From a virus (taxonomy: Duplodnaviria > Heunggongvirae > Uroviricota > Caudoviricetes), in IMG/VR virus record IMGVR_UViG_2778261297_000008: 57,427 nucleotides of DNA; one strand, 5' to 3'. Each line of letters starts with the position of its first letter. The first letter of the stretch is position 1. The position numbers were made by a program, and so were the translations under genes. Positions 9,530-18,452 of this stretch are shown in pieces. Under the pieces are notes generated by a model, which saw only the letters and a list, made by a program, of their open reading frames with translations, did not search any database and was not told the origin of the DNA.

Positions 9530-10182
9530 TGAGTAATAAATATTGCCAGGCGCTGGTGGAGCTGCGGAACAAACCAGCCCATGAACTGAAGGAAGTGGGC
9601 GATCAGTGGCGCACGCCGGACAACATTTTCTGGGGAATTAACACCCTGTTTGGCCCGTTTGTTCTGGATCTGTTTACTGATGGTGATAACGCCAAATGTG
9701 CCGCGTATTACACGGCGGAAGACAACGCGCTGGCGCATGACTGGTCAGAACGTCTTGCGGAGCTTAACGGTGCTGCCTTTGGTAATCCCCCGTACAGCCG
9801 CGCCAGTCAGCATGAGGGGCAATACATCACCGGCATGCGTTACATCATGAAACATGCCAGTGCTATGCGTGATAAAGGCGGGCGCTATGTTTTCCTGATC
9901 AAAGCTGCCACCAGCGAAGTGTGGTGGCCGGAAGATGCAGATCATATTGCTTTTATTCGCGGGCGTATCGGTTTTGAACTGCCTGCCTGGTTTATCCCGA
10001 AGGATGAGAAGCAGGTGCCGACAGGAGCTTTCTTCGCTGGTGCTATTGCTGTTTTCGACAAGACCTGGAAGGGACCGGCAATCAGCTACATCGGGCGCGA
10101 TGAACTTGAGGCATGTGGTGAGGCCTTTCTGGCGCAGGTTCGCCAGCAGGCAGAAAAACTGGTCAGGGAGATGGTGGCATGA
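9529..10182 (+). CDS. Phage Dam-family DNA N6-adenine methyltransferase
   Basis: NPPY motif (FGNPPYSR); start ATG overlaps upstream stop. Confidence 0.8.
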   Translation: MSNKYCQALVELRNKPAHELKEVGDQWRTPDNIFWGINTLFGPFVLDLFTDGDNAKCAAYYTAEDNALAHDWSERLAELNGAAFGNPPYSRASQHEGQYITGMRYIMKHASAMRDKGGRYVFLIKAATSEVWWPEDADHIAFIRGRIGFELPAWFIPKDEKQVPTGAFFAGAIAVFDKTWKGPAISYIGRDELEACGEAFLAQVRQQAEKLVREMVA

Positions 10183-10505
10183 CGACGTTAACTCAATGCC
10201 AGCAGCAGGTGCTGGATATGCTGATTTCTTATCAGAAAGAACGTGGCTTCCCGCCAACCAATCAGGAGGTGGCAACCATGCTGGGATACCGTTCGGTGAA
10301 TGCAGCGGTGGAGCATCTTCGCGCACTGGAGAAAAAAGGCGTCATCACGATAAAGCGTGGTGTGGCCCGGGGGATAACGCTTCATACCGCGGTCAAGGAC
10401 GACGACAGCGAGGCGGTCGGGATTATCCGCTCACTGCTTGCCGGTGAGGAAAACGCCAGGCTGCGTGCAGCCCACTGGTTACATGAGAGGGGTCTGAAAG
10501 TATGA
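10179..10505 (+). CDS. LexA-like N-terminal DNA-binding domain protein (no peptidase domain)
   Basis: 108 aa; LTQCQQQVLDMLISYQKERGFPPTNQEVATMLGYRSVNAAVEHLRALEKKGVI closely parallels the LexA winged-helix DNA-binding domain; no S24 domain follows. Confidence 0.7.
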   Translation: MTTLTQCQQQVLDMLISYQKERGFPPTNQEVATMLGYRSVNAAVEHLRALEKKGVITIKRGVARGITLHTAVKDDDSEAVGIIRSLLAGEENARLRAAHWLHERGLKV

Positions 10506-10891
10506 AGCTGATCCTGCCTTTCCCGCCCAGCGTGAACACGTACTGGCGACACCCCAACAAAGGGGCGTTTGCAGGTAAGAGCCTGATAAGCGCGGCGGGG
10601 CGCAAATTCCAGAGCGCGGCGTGTGCAGCAATAGTTGAGCAGTTACGTCGTCTGCCAAAACCAACGTCGGCACCTGCTTCAGTGGAGATCGTGTTGTTTC
10701 CTCCGGATAACCGGATCCGCGATCTGGACAACTATAACAAGGCGCTGTTTGACGCCCTGACCCACGCGGGTGTGTGGGAAGACGACAGCCAGGTGAAAAG
10801 AATGCTGGTGGAGTGGGGACCGGTTATCCCGGAAGGGAAGGTCGAGATCACTATCAGTAAGTACGAGAAAACGGCGGGTGCAGCCGCCTGA
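10502..10891 (+). CDS. rusA: RusA-like Holliday junction resolvase
   Basis: 129 aa; LPFPPSVNTYW and DLDNYNKALFDALTHAGVWEDDSQV motifs typical of RusA. Confidence 0.85.
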   Translation: MKLILPFPPSVNTYWRHPNKGAFAGKSLISAAGRKFQSAACAAIVEQLRRLPKPTSAPASVEIVLFPPDNRIRDLDNYNKALFDALTHAGVWEDDSQVKRMLVEWGPVIPEGKVEITISKYEKTAGAAA

Positions 10892-10910
10892 TCAAGAGGA
10901 GAAACGAAAT

Positions 10911-11708
10911 ATGAATAATCTGATGGTCATTGATGGTATTGAAGTTCGTCGTGATGCTTATGGGCGTTACAGCCTGAACGATCTGCACAGGGCTGCTGGT
11001 TCTCTGGATAAGCATAAGCCTGCATTCTGGCTCCGCAATGAGCAAACCGAACGTTTAATAAGCGAGTTGCAGATTTGCAACTCGGTCAATATAGAGCCAG
11101 TTAACGTTAGTCGTGGCGGAAATAACCAGGGGACGTATGTCTGCAAAGAACTGGTGTATGCCTATGCAATGTGGATCAGCCCGTCATTCCATCTGAAGGT
11201 GATCCGTACTTTCGATATGGTAACCAGCGCACCGGAAAAATTATCCGGGCAGGCTGCTGACAAGATGCAGGCTGGCGTGATTCTGCTGGACTTTATGCGC
11301 CGGGAGTTAAACCTGTCTAACTCATCTGTGCTTGGGGCCTGTCAGAAACTCCAGGAGGCTGTTGGCTTACCGAATCTGGCACCACGCTATGCCATTGATG
11401 CTCCTGCAGACGCGCCTGATGGCTCAAGTCGCCCTACGCTGTCGCTGAGTGCACTGCTGAAACAGTATGGTATCCGCCTAACAGCTAATCAGGCATATCA
11501 CCAGATGGCGAAGCTGGGGATCGTCGAGCAGCGCGAACGATACAGCCGTACCGCGATTAACAACATCAAAAAATTCTGGTCGCTGACAGCGAAAGGCTGC
11601 ATGTTCGGCAAGAACATCACCAGTCCCGCAAATCCGCGCGAGACGCAGCCGCATTTCTTCGAATCCCGATTCCCTGAGCTGTTAAAGCTGCTCGATACCG
11701 TTCATTGA
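10911..11708 (+). CDS. KilA-N domain protein
   Basis: N-terminal KilA-N-like region (YSLNDLHRAAG...KPAFWLRNEQTERLI); ATG at 10911 with SD AGAGGAG. Confidence 0.75.
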   Translation: MNNLMVIDGIEVRRDAYGRYSLNDLHRAAGSLDKHKPAFWLRNEQTERLISELQICNSVNIEPVNVSRGGNNQGTYVCKELVYAYAMWISPSFHLKVIRTFDMVTSAPEKLSGQAADKMQAGVILLDFMRRELNLSNSSVLGACQKLQEAVGLPNLAPRYAIDAPADAPDGSSRPTLSLSALLKQYGIRLTANQAYHQMAKLGIVEQRERYSRTAINNIKKFWSLTAKGCMFGKNITSPANPRETQPHFFESRFPELLKLLDTVH

Positions 11709-11709
11709 G

Positions 11710-12705
11710 GTGACCGTGAGAGCACTACTGACCCCTGAAATTGCCCCGCGTATGGGGATCGTATTGTTCAGACCAGGTTCAGAGCTGATGCCCCTGTTTA
11801 TGCAGGGGCGTGTCCTGCTGGAGCCTGAGCCGGAACGTTATTCATCTTTCGCCAGTGGTGCTGTTCCGGCGGCATCACAACCGCTGGCGGATGATCCTGC
11901 CGTTCGGGCCGTGTTCCGCAATGAGGCAGTGATCCGTCGTGCTGGTGGCGTGGAATGTCTTGAAAGCTGGTTACTTCGTGAAAAAGGCTGCCAGTGGCCT
12001 CATTCCGACTGGCACAGCGAGAACATGACCACAATGCGTCACGCGCCGGGCGCAATCTGTCTGTGCTGGCACTGCGATAACCAGCTGCGCGATCAGTTCA
12101 CGGAACGGCTGGAATCAATGGCAACGGATAACTGTGCCCGCTGGGTGTTGTCTGTCGTGCGTCGGGATCTCGGTTTTGATGATAGTCACGTTGTGACAAT
12201 GCCGGAACTGTGCTGGTGGCTGGTTCGTAATGATCTGGCGGATGCCTTACCTGAAAGTGCAGCCCGTAAGGCACTGAGATTACCGAAGCCTGTTGTGCCG
12301 TCTGTCACCCGGGAGAGTGACCTTGTTCCTTCGGTTCCGGCCACCAGCATCATCCAGAATAAAGCGAAAAAGGTGCTGGCGCTGAAAGTGGATCCGGAGT
12401 CGCCGGAGTCTTTTATGTTACGCCCAAAACGTCGCCGCTGGGTTAACGAAAAGTACACGCGCTGGGTTAAGACGCAGCCGTGTGCATGTTGTGGAAAGCC
12501 TGCTGATGATCCCCACCACCTGATAGGCCACGGTCAGGGTGGAATAGGTACAAAAGCGCATGACCTCTTCGTGCTGCCTTTGTGCAGAAAGCATCACGAC
12601 GAGCTGCATGCGGATACCGTGGCATTTGAAGAGAAGTATGGCTCCCAGTTGGAGCTGATATTTCGTTTTATCGATCGCGCGCTGGCAACTGGCGTGCTGG
12701 CCTGA
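11710..12705 (+). CDS. DUF968-like phage protein with C-terminal Cys/His (HNH-like) region
   Basis: 331-aa ORF; C-terminal CACCGKPADDPHHL...CRKHHDELH; start uncertain (GTG 11710 or 11716). Confidence 0.7.
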   Translation: MTVRALLTPEIAPRMGIVLFRPGSELMPLFMQGRVLLEPEPERYSSFASGAVPAASQPLADDPAVRAVFRNEAVIRRAGGVECLESWLLREKGCQWPHSDWHSENMTTMRHAPGAICLCWHCDNQLRDQFTERLESMATDNCARWVLSVVRRDLGFDDSHVVTMPELCWWLVRNDLADALPESAARKALRLPKPVVPSVTRESDLVPSVPATSIIQNKAKKVLALKVDPESPESFMLRPKRRRWVNEKYTRWVKTQPCACCGKPADDPHHLIGHGQGGIGTKAHDLFVLPLCRKHHDELHADTVAFEEKYGSQLELIFRFIDRALATGVLA

Positions 12706-12722
12706 TTTTGTGGAGAAAGTTG

Positions 12723-13085
12723 ATGCGTGATATTCAGATGGTTCTGGATCGTTGGGGTGCATGGGCGGCGAGTGATAGTTCTGGGGTAGACTATTCGCCT
12801 ATAGCTGCTGGGTTTAAAGGGCTTCTTCCCTATACAAGCAAAACACGTCAGGCTTGTTCAGATAGTGATGCATTAATTATTGAAGGTTGTCTTGCTCGTC
12901 TAAAGCAAAAAAGACCTGAAGAACACTCGCTTCTTGTTGCCCATTACCTATACGGTATCTCTAAAAGAAAGCTCGCTAAAGCTCGCAAAAAGGATGAGAA
13001 AATAATACGCATTGAGATACAGATGGCTGAGGGATTTATAGAAGGTTGTCTAGCTATTCTAAATGTTAGCTTAGATATGGATTAA
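12723..13085 (+). CDS. Late-gene antiterminator Q-like protein
   Basis: MRDIQMVLDRWGAWAA... matches the Q antiterminator family N-terminus; SD GGAGAAAG before ATG 12723. Confidence 0.8.
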   Translation: MRDIQMVLDRWGAWAASDSSGVDYSPIAAGFKGLLPYTSKTRQACSDSDALIIEGCLARLKQKRPEEHSLLVAHYLYGISKRKLAKARKKDEKIIRIEIQMAEGFIEGCLAILNVSLDMD

Positions 13086-13128
13086 TATCTTGGTTTGGAT
13101 AAGCAGGTGTGCTTGCACCTGCTTAATA

Positions 13129-13581
13129 TTATATGTGGGGTAATATCCAGTTTATTTTCCTCCAGGTACTTGCAAATGAAACTATTGATACGATCAGGGT
13201 CGAGAAACCATATAAGGTTAGGGCGAAATCAAGTCTTACAGAGGTAATGGTGATTTTTTCATTTATAAACATTGCTATCAGCGGGAAAATACATGCTAAT
13301 ATTAAGGTAACTCCCGTAGATAACAGGTTATGAATAATTTTAGGTAAAATCTTGTTTTGTTTTAAAGCAAAAATAATTCCATCAGTACTTGAACTTGCAG
13401 AACTGAAGATGGAAATAGCGGCCAATACAAAACCAAACAAAATGCCTGCCACCGTAGATAACACTCCGGCTGTACTTAAGATATCAGAGTGAGCCATAGG
13501 CGCTAGGTATTTCCCAAGCACCCAAGCTAACAGCCCACTGATAACTATGTTAATTAAAACTTTAATAAGCATAATCATCAT
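13129..13581 (-). CDS. Small integral membrane protein (~4 predicted TM helices), second gene of an AT-rich two-gene cassette
   Basis: 150 aa with four long hydrophobic segments; SD AAGGA before ATG; 14 bp downstream of the 310-aa gene on the same strand. Confidence 0.7.
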   Translation of the reverse strand: MMIMLIKVLINIVISGLLAWVLGKYLAPMAHSDILSTAGVLSTVAGILFGFVLAAISIFSSASSSTDGIIFALKQNKILPKIIHNLLSTGVTLILACIFPLIAMFINEKITITSVRLDFALTLYGFSTLIVSIVSFASTWRKINWILPHI

Positions 13582-13595
13582 CCTTAAAAATAAGA

Positions 13596-14528
13596 TCAGA
13601 TTTCATATTGCTTTAAATACTGACCATGTTCAATTTTAGCACTGATCAAGGCAGTACGCACATCTGTTTCTTTTGCGTAGCCATCTTTTGTGTTAATGTT
13701 TTTTTCACTGATCAGAACTTGATTGAGAAGACTCCTTGAATGAGTATTTTTAGGTTCAGTGACATTAGCTTTACGTAATAAGTGAGGAACTTTTTCTATT
13801 AATTCCTTTATTCCACTTTTTACTTCATCACTGAGATAACCACGGATTAATTTACGTTGCGATGCTCTACCTCTAAGTGATAGTTTTAAATGCGAACCGC
13901 CCATCCCAGCCATCATTTCAATCATACTTTTGGAAAATGAATTCGAAAGGTCATAATCCGTTGCGCTAAAATTACGTGGAGCGGCGAGTGTAATTTCACA
14001 GCTACGTAAAGTGCTTCCTGTTTCAAGTAGTTCTTTTACACTTTCTTTTTTCCAAATTGCCTCAAACGCTACAGGTTTGTTTTCTTCAGAAAAATTGAAT
14101 AAAAGAAATGCTAAATCGGAAACTTTAGGTCCTAAATGATTTTGAGATAAAACAAGAATGTCTTTCTTATAGTAGTAAATAAAATAAGTGCGTTCGACTA
14201 TATATTTTTTATCATCTAACGGAATATTGTGCTCATCCCAATTTTCATCACCAATATAAGGTAAGTGGAAACCATCACGAGAGCATGATAGATAACCAAA
14301 ATAGAACTCCGCCTGTGCGTCTTTTTCTAAGAATACAATCTTTAATTTTTTCTTATCAAACTCAGCGGTATAAGAATTTTGCGAAGGTGTAACAATGGTT
14401 GTATACATGTTGTCAAATGCAAGTTGTGCATTTGATGTAGTTGACTTCGTTCCTGAGGAGCTTTGGAAGAAACCGATACGCATTTTTTTTTGTTTAGTTA
14501 GTGGCGCGGAAGTGGCTGTAGTAGTCAT
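13596..14528 (-). CDS. Uncharacterised 310-aa soluble protein, first gene of the two-gene cassette
   Basis: Long ORF in a visibly AT-rich block with a plausible SD; no motif I can assign (no Walker A, HEPN, PD-(D/E)xK or nucleotidyltransferase signature seen by eye). Confidence 0.75.
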   Translation of the reverse strand: MTTTATSAPLTKQKKMRIGFFQSSSGTKSTTSNAQLAFDNMYTTIVTPSQNSYTAEFDKKKLKIVFLEKDAQAEFYFGYLSCSRDGFHLPYIGDENWDEHNIPLDDKKYIVERTYFIYYYKKDILVLSQNHLGPKVSDLAFLLFNFSEENKPVAFEAIWKKESVKELLETGSTLRSCEITLAAPRNFSATDYDLSNSFSKSMIEMMAGMGGSHLKLSLRGRASQRKLIRGYLSDEVKSGIKELIEKVPHLLRKANVTEPKNTHSRSLLNQVLISEKNINTKDGYAKETDVRTALISAKIEHGQYLKQYEI

Positions 14529-14684
14529 TAAAATTACCCTTTATTATCCTTTTGAATCAATGGGTTGTGATTTGTTAATGATCCTAGGTTCGTTGCATAT
14601 GCATAATCTATCAAAAAAAACTTACGCGGTCCGCATATTCTCGTTTACTGTGTTAAGAGTGGTTACTTCGCCACACAACTTAAA

Positions 14685-14706
14685 CCCGCCGCTGAGCGGT
14701 TTTTTT
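14685..14706 (+). terminator. Weak hairpin plus T7 run; possible tR'-like late-leader terminator
   Basis: CCGC-TGA-GCGG followed by TTTTTTT, upstream of the late region. Confidence 0.3.
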
Positions 14707-14827
14707 GTACCTGTAAACCTTGTGCAGTACAGTAAACACGCTGGTGGTCGTGAATACTGGCTTTTTATCTTGCTGGCTTTTTAGACAAGAGTTATTGGTA
14801 TGTCATGTTAACCAGAAGGGAAAAGAC

Positions 14828-15031
14828 ATGCTAAAACAGCAAGATATGACAGAAACCGCCGCCGCAGTCCTTCATTTCTTACCTGCTGACAAGTGGGTAA
14901 CGCCACGCATGATGACGAGAACTACCGGAGTAAGCGAAGCCAGGTGCCAGTTAATACTGACTCAGTTAGTTCTGGCGGGTCTGGCGAAGGATAACGGCGG
15001 GTACGGGAATAAATTCAGACGCTGCCAGTAA
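14828..15031 (+). CDS. Small hypothetical protein (67 aa, possible winged helix)
   Basis: ATG with SD GAAGGGA; short, no recognisable domain. Confidence 0.35.
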   Translation: MLKQQDMTETAAAVLHFLPADKWVTPRMMTRTTGVSEARCQLILTQLVLAGLAKDNGGYGNKFRRCQ

Positions 15032-15181
15032 TGGCGGTTTCCTGCTGTGAAAATGGGCGGCTGGTGGGTGTTGGTAGCACCTGCCAGCCATTCGCTCATG
15101 CTTACTGGTCACAAGCGAACCACGGCCCACTGCTTTAGCGCAAAAGCAGAGTGAGCCTACCAGAGTTACGCTTACTGATCC

Positions 15182-16234
15182 ATGAAAAATACTGTAAAAA
15201 TAAACAGTGTTGATTTAATCAACGCTGATTGCCTGCATTTTATTCAGTCCCTGCCTGATGATTCCATTGACCTGATTGTTACCGATCCGCCTTACTTCAA
15301 GGTGAAACCTAACGGTTGGGACAATCAGTGGAAAGGGGACGAAGATTACCTTAAGTGGCTGGACCACTGTCTGGCCCAGTTCTGGCGGGTGTTAAAACCT
15401 GCCGGAAGCCTTTACCTGTTCTGTGGGCATCGCCTGGCATCTGATATTGAGATCATGATGCGTGAACGTTTCAACGTGCTTAACCATATCATCTGGGCGA
15501 AGCCGTCCGGACGTTGGAATGGGTGTAATAAAGAAAGTCTGCGCGCATATTTTCCTGCCACAGAGCGCGTTCTGTTTGCTGAACATTACCAGGGGCCATA
15601 TCGCGGCAAAAGTGACGGCTATGCGGCAAAAGAAAGGGAACTCAAACAGCACATAATGGCACCGCTGATATCGTATTTCAGGGATGCTCGTGCCGAACTG
15701 GGTATAACGGCAAAACAAATTGCCGAAGCCACAGGTAAGAAAAATATGGTTTCCCACTGGTTTGGTGCCAGTCAGTGGCAGTTGCCGAATGAGGCTGACT
15801 ATCGGAAGTTACAGGCACTGTTTTCCCGTATAGCGGCAGAGAAGTTTCAGGAACAACAACTGGAACAACCACACCACCAGCTGGTGGCATCTTATGATTC
15901 ACTGAATCGCAAATATTCTGAATTGCTGGATGAGTTTAAATCTCTCCGGCGCTATTTCTCCGTATCAGTCTCCGTGCCTTATACCGATGTCTGGATGCAT
16001 AAACCCGTTCAGTTCTACCCGGGTAAACATCCGTGTGAGAAACCTGCGGATATGCTCCGGCAAATAATCAATGCCAGTAGTCGACCTGGTGATCTGGTTG
16101 CTGATTTTTTTATGGGATCCGGTTCCACAATAAAAGCAGCAATGGCGCTGGGGCGTCGGGCCTTAGGTGTTGAGCTTGAGTCAGAGCGGTTTAACCAGAC
16201 AGTGAAAGAGATAAACGAGCTGGTGGGGAAATAA
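15182..16234 (+). CDS. DNA methyltransferase (N6-adenine or N4-cytosine; DPPY motif), orphan with no visible cognate nuclease
   Basis: 350 aa; DPPY (LIVTDPPYF) and FxGxG (FFMGSGST) motifs. Confidence 0.85.
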   Translation: MKNTVKINSVDLINADCLHFIQSLPDDSIDLIVTDPPYFKVKPNGWDNQWKGDEDYLKWLDHCLAQFWRVLKPAGSLYLFCGHRLASDIEIMMRERFNVLNHIIWAKPSGRWNGCNKESLRAYFPATERVLFAEHYQGPYRGKSDGYAAKERELKQHIMAPLISYFRDARAELGITAKQIAEATGKKNMVSHWFGASQWQLPNEADYRKLQALFSRIAAEKFQEQQLEQPHHQLVASYDSLNRKYSELLDEFKSLRRYFSVSVSVPYTDVWMHKPVQFYPGKHPCEKPADMLRQIINASSRPGDLVADFFMGSGSTIKAAMALGRRALGVELESERFNQTVKEINELVGK

Positions 16235-16237
16235 TCT

Positions 16238-16263
16238 GGTGGCCACGTAGGTGGCCTTTTTAT
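16238..16263 (+). terminator. Intrinsic terminator after the methyltransferase
   Basis: Hairpin GGCCACGTAGGTGGCC followed by TTTTTATTT. Confidence 0.7.
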
Positions 16264-16300
16264 TTCCATTACACAGCACCCGCATCTGCGAGGTGGGGTT

Positions 16301-16516
16301 ATGAAATCCATGGATAAGTTAACAACGGGTGTCGCCTATGGCACCTCAGCAGGTAGTGCCGGGTACTGGTTTTTACAGTTGCTCGATAAAGTCACGCCCT
16401 CACAGTGGGCGGCAATAGGTGTGCTGGGTAGTCTGGTATTTGGCTTGCTGACGTATCTGACAAACCTTTATTTCAAGATTAAAGAAGACAAGCGTAAGGC
16501 TGCACGGGGAGAGTAA
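16301..16516 (+). CDS. S: Phage-21-type pinholin (S21-like), dual-start motif MKSM
   Basis: 71 aa; near-identical to recalled S21 (...[14 protein letters not shown]...[12 protein letters not shown]...[10 protein letters not shown]...RKAARGE); SD GAGGTGGGG. Confidence 0.88.
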
Positions 16517-16520
16517 TTCA

Positions 16521-16865
16521 ATGACTCAAAAATATGAACTGATTGTGAAAGGGATCCGCAATTTTGAGAATAAAGTTACGGTAACTTTAGCGTTACGGGA
16601 CAAAGAACGCTTTGACGGTGAAATTTTTGACCTGGACATCTCGCTGGACCGTGTTGAAGGTGCCGCGCTGGAGTTTTATGAGGCAGCAGCCAGAAGGAGC
16701 ATCAGACAGGTCTTCCTGGATGTTGCTGCCGGGTTATGTGAAGGGGATGAGCTGTCGCCGGAAAAGCGCCCCATAATTTTAGAGGCGCAGAATGTGTGGA
16801 TAACCTACAAAGGAAAGCTACCGGGAAGAATTACTGGTTCTCTGAAGACTCCGCCGAAATGGTAA
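16521..16865 (+). CDS. Hypothetical 114-aa protein inserted between holin and endolysin
   Basis: ATG with SD GGGAGAG 5 bp after the holin stop; no recognisable domain. Confidence 0.5.
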   Translation: MTQKYELIVKGIRNFENKVTVTLALRDKERFDGEIFDLDISLDRVEGAALEFYEAAARRSIRQVFLDVAAGLCEGDELSPEKRPIILEAQNVWITYKGKLPGRITGSLKTPPKW

Positions 16866-17103
16866 TTTCACCAGCATATTTTTCTTCCAGTAATACCGCC
16901 AGCCACTTGAAAGAATTTTGTTGTTGCTGGGACCATTTGGGGTTGAGTGATTCAAGCTGGAGCGATGCCAGTGTTGGTTGCATTTGTTCCTTGGGAATTG
17001 AGAATGCCAGATATGAAAATGCGACAGTAAGGGCATTTACATCATCCCGAAGCTTGGAAATGCAGTCGAGCAACTCCTGTAGAGAAATGGTGCTATTGTC
17101 CAT
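16831..17103 (-). CDS. Hypothetical ~90-aa protein, convergent with and overlapping the 114-aa ORF
   Basis: ATG at 17103 with strong SD GAGAGGA (spacing 7); 3' ends overlap by ~35 bp. Confidence 0.45.
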   Translation of the reverse strand: MDNSTISLQELLDCISKLRDDVNALTVAFSYLAFSIPKEQMQPTLASLQLESLNPKWSQQQQNSFKWLAVLLEEKYAGEITISAESSENQ

Positions 17104-17208
17104 AAACAATCCTCTCTATTGTATTTAACTATTCCTTGCCTGATTCAACAGGCCGGGACAGATAAACATATCCAGGGTTCAGAAACCGATAAATCCTGAT
17201 AAATATCC

Positions 17209-17751
17209 ATGAACGTAAAAATCAGATACGGCCTGTCGGCTGCCGTTCTGGCACTGATTGCCGTCGGTGCGCCTGCGCCTGATATTCTCGACCAGTTTCT
17301 GAATGAAAAAGAAGGTAACCACACAACGGCATACCGCGATGGTTCCGGCATCTGGACCATCTGTCGGGGTGCCACGGTGGTGGATGGAAAACCCGTTTTT
17401 CCCGGTATGAAACTGTCGAAGGAAAAATGCGACCAGGTTAACGCCATTGAACGGGATAAGGCGCTGGCATGGGTGGAGCGCAATATTAAAGTGCCACTGA
17501 CCGAACCACAGAAAGCGGGTATAGCGTCATTTTGTCCCTATAACATTGGCCCCGGTAAGTGTTTCCCGTCGACGTTTTATAAGCGGCTGAATGCCGATGA
17601 TCGTAAGGGGGCATGCGAGGCGATTCGCTGGTGGATAAAAGATGGTGGGCGTGATTGCCGCCTGACAAAAGGGCAGAAGAATGGCTGTTATGGGCAGGTC
17701 GAGCGGCGCGATCAGGAAAGCGCACTGGCGTGCTGGGGGCTGGAGCAATGA
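17209..17751 (+). CDS. R: SAR endolysin (phage-21 R21-like lysozyme with N-terminal signal-anchor-release domain)
   Basis: 180 aa; hydrophobic Gly/Ala-rich N-terminus (LSAAVLALIAVGAPAP) followed by a T4-lysozyme-like region. Confidence 0.85.
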   Translation: MNVKIRYGLSAAVLALIAVGAPAPDILDQFLNEKEGNHTTAYRDGSGIWTICRGATVVDGKPVFPGMKLSKEKCDQVNAIERDKALAWVERNIKVPLTEPQKAGIASFCPYNIGPGKCFPSTFYKRLNADDRKGACEAIRWWIKDGGRDCRLTKGQKNGCYGQVERRDQESALACWGLEQ

Positions 17752-18284
17752 AAATTAATCCGGATCTTATAGGCGTTGTCGTTATTGCTGGCCTTTCGGT
17801 CGCTCTCGTCAAGAGTTGCTCTCACGCCAGTAATCTTCAGAGCGATAACGACGTTCTGCGAAGTGACAACTCTATGCTGGGGCAGGTAATCGCCACCCAG
17901 GCATTCAACTTCAATCGATTCAATCAGGTTGCAGAACATGCCAACAGTCTTAACTCCCTGATCGACACCAGCACCGAAAAAACCGTAATCGAATACCGGG
18001 AGATTCTCCGCCGTGAAAAAACCTGTGATCTGCCTGTTCCTGCTGATATCGCTGGTGGGTTGCTCGAATACACGTACCGTTTACGTGCCAGCGCCATGCA
18101 CACCGATACCGGCAGACCTAATGAAGCCTATGATCGTACCGCTACCACCAGCTCAATGACCTACTGCCAAGCTGTCTTGTGGATTAAGCCGCTACTGGCG
18201 TTGATAGAAAAAGGAAATAATAATTTTTCGAGTATTCGTGAAATTGATGAGTTGCGTTACAGACCATCTGAGCATGGCCAGTAA
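17748..18284 (+). CDS. Rz: Rz-like i-spanin
   Basis: ATG overlaps the R stop; N-terminal TM segment; embedded Rz1-like ORF in the +1 frame supports the call. Confidence 0.7.
   Translation: MKINPDLIGVVVIAGLSVALVKSCSHASNLQSDNDVLRSDNSMLGQVIATQAFNFNRFNQVAEHANSLNSLIDTSTEKTVIEYREILRREKTCDLPVPADIAGGLLEYTYRLRASAMHTDTGRPNEAYDRTATTSSMTYCQAVLWIKPLLALIEKGNNNFSSIREIDELRYRPSEHGQ
18013..18159 (+). CDS. Rz1: Rz1-like o-spanin lipoprotein embedded in Rz (+1 frame), GTG start
   Basis: Translation VKKPVICLFLLISLVGCSNTRTVYVPAPCTPIPADLMKPMIVPLPPAQ: lipobox LVGC then Pro-rich mature peptide. Confidence 0.65.
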   Translation: MKKPVICLFLLISLVGCSNTRTVYVPAPCTPIPADLMKPMIVPLPPAQ

Positions 18285-18452
18285 GGTTGCAGGAAATTTA
18301 AAATCTGGCGATGAAATTTAATATTAGAAATTCATTGCCTAGTGAGATTAATAATGGGCATCCCTTTGTGACGATAAGCTTTAACACATTCACAAAGGGA
18401 TATTTAATATAGGGTGGTTAATTCCCACTTGCTGTGGTGTTTAGGGGGTAAT

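Noticed and set aside
13129-14528. Q-proximal cassette considered as Shiga toxin (stx) genes because of its position
   Set aside because: No AB5-toxin features: neither protein has a cleavable signal peptide, the orientation is antisense to the late operon, and sizes (310 and 150 aa, the smaller being multi-pass membrane) do not fit StxA/StxB
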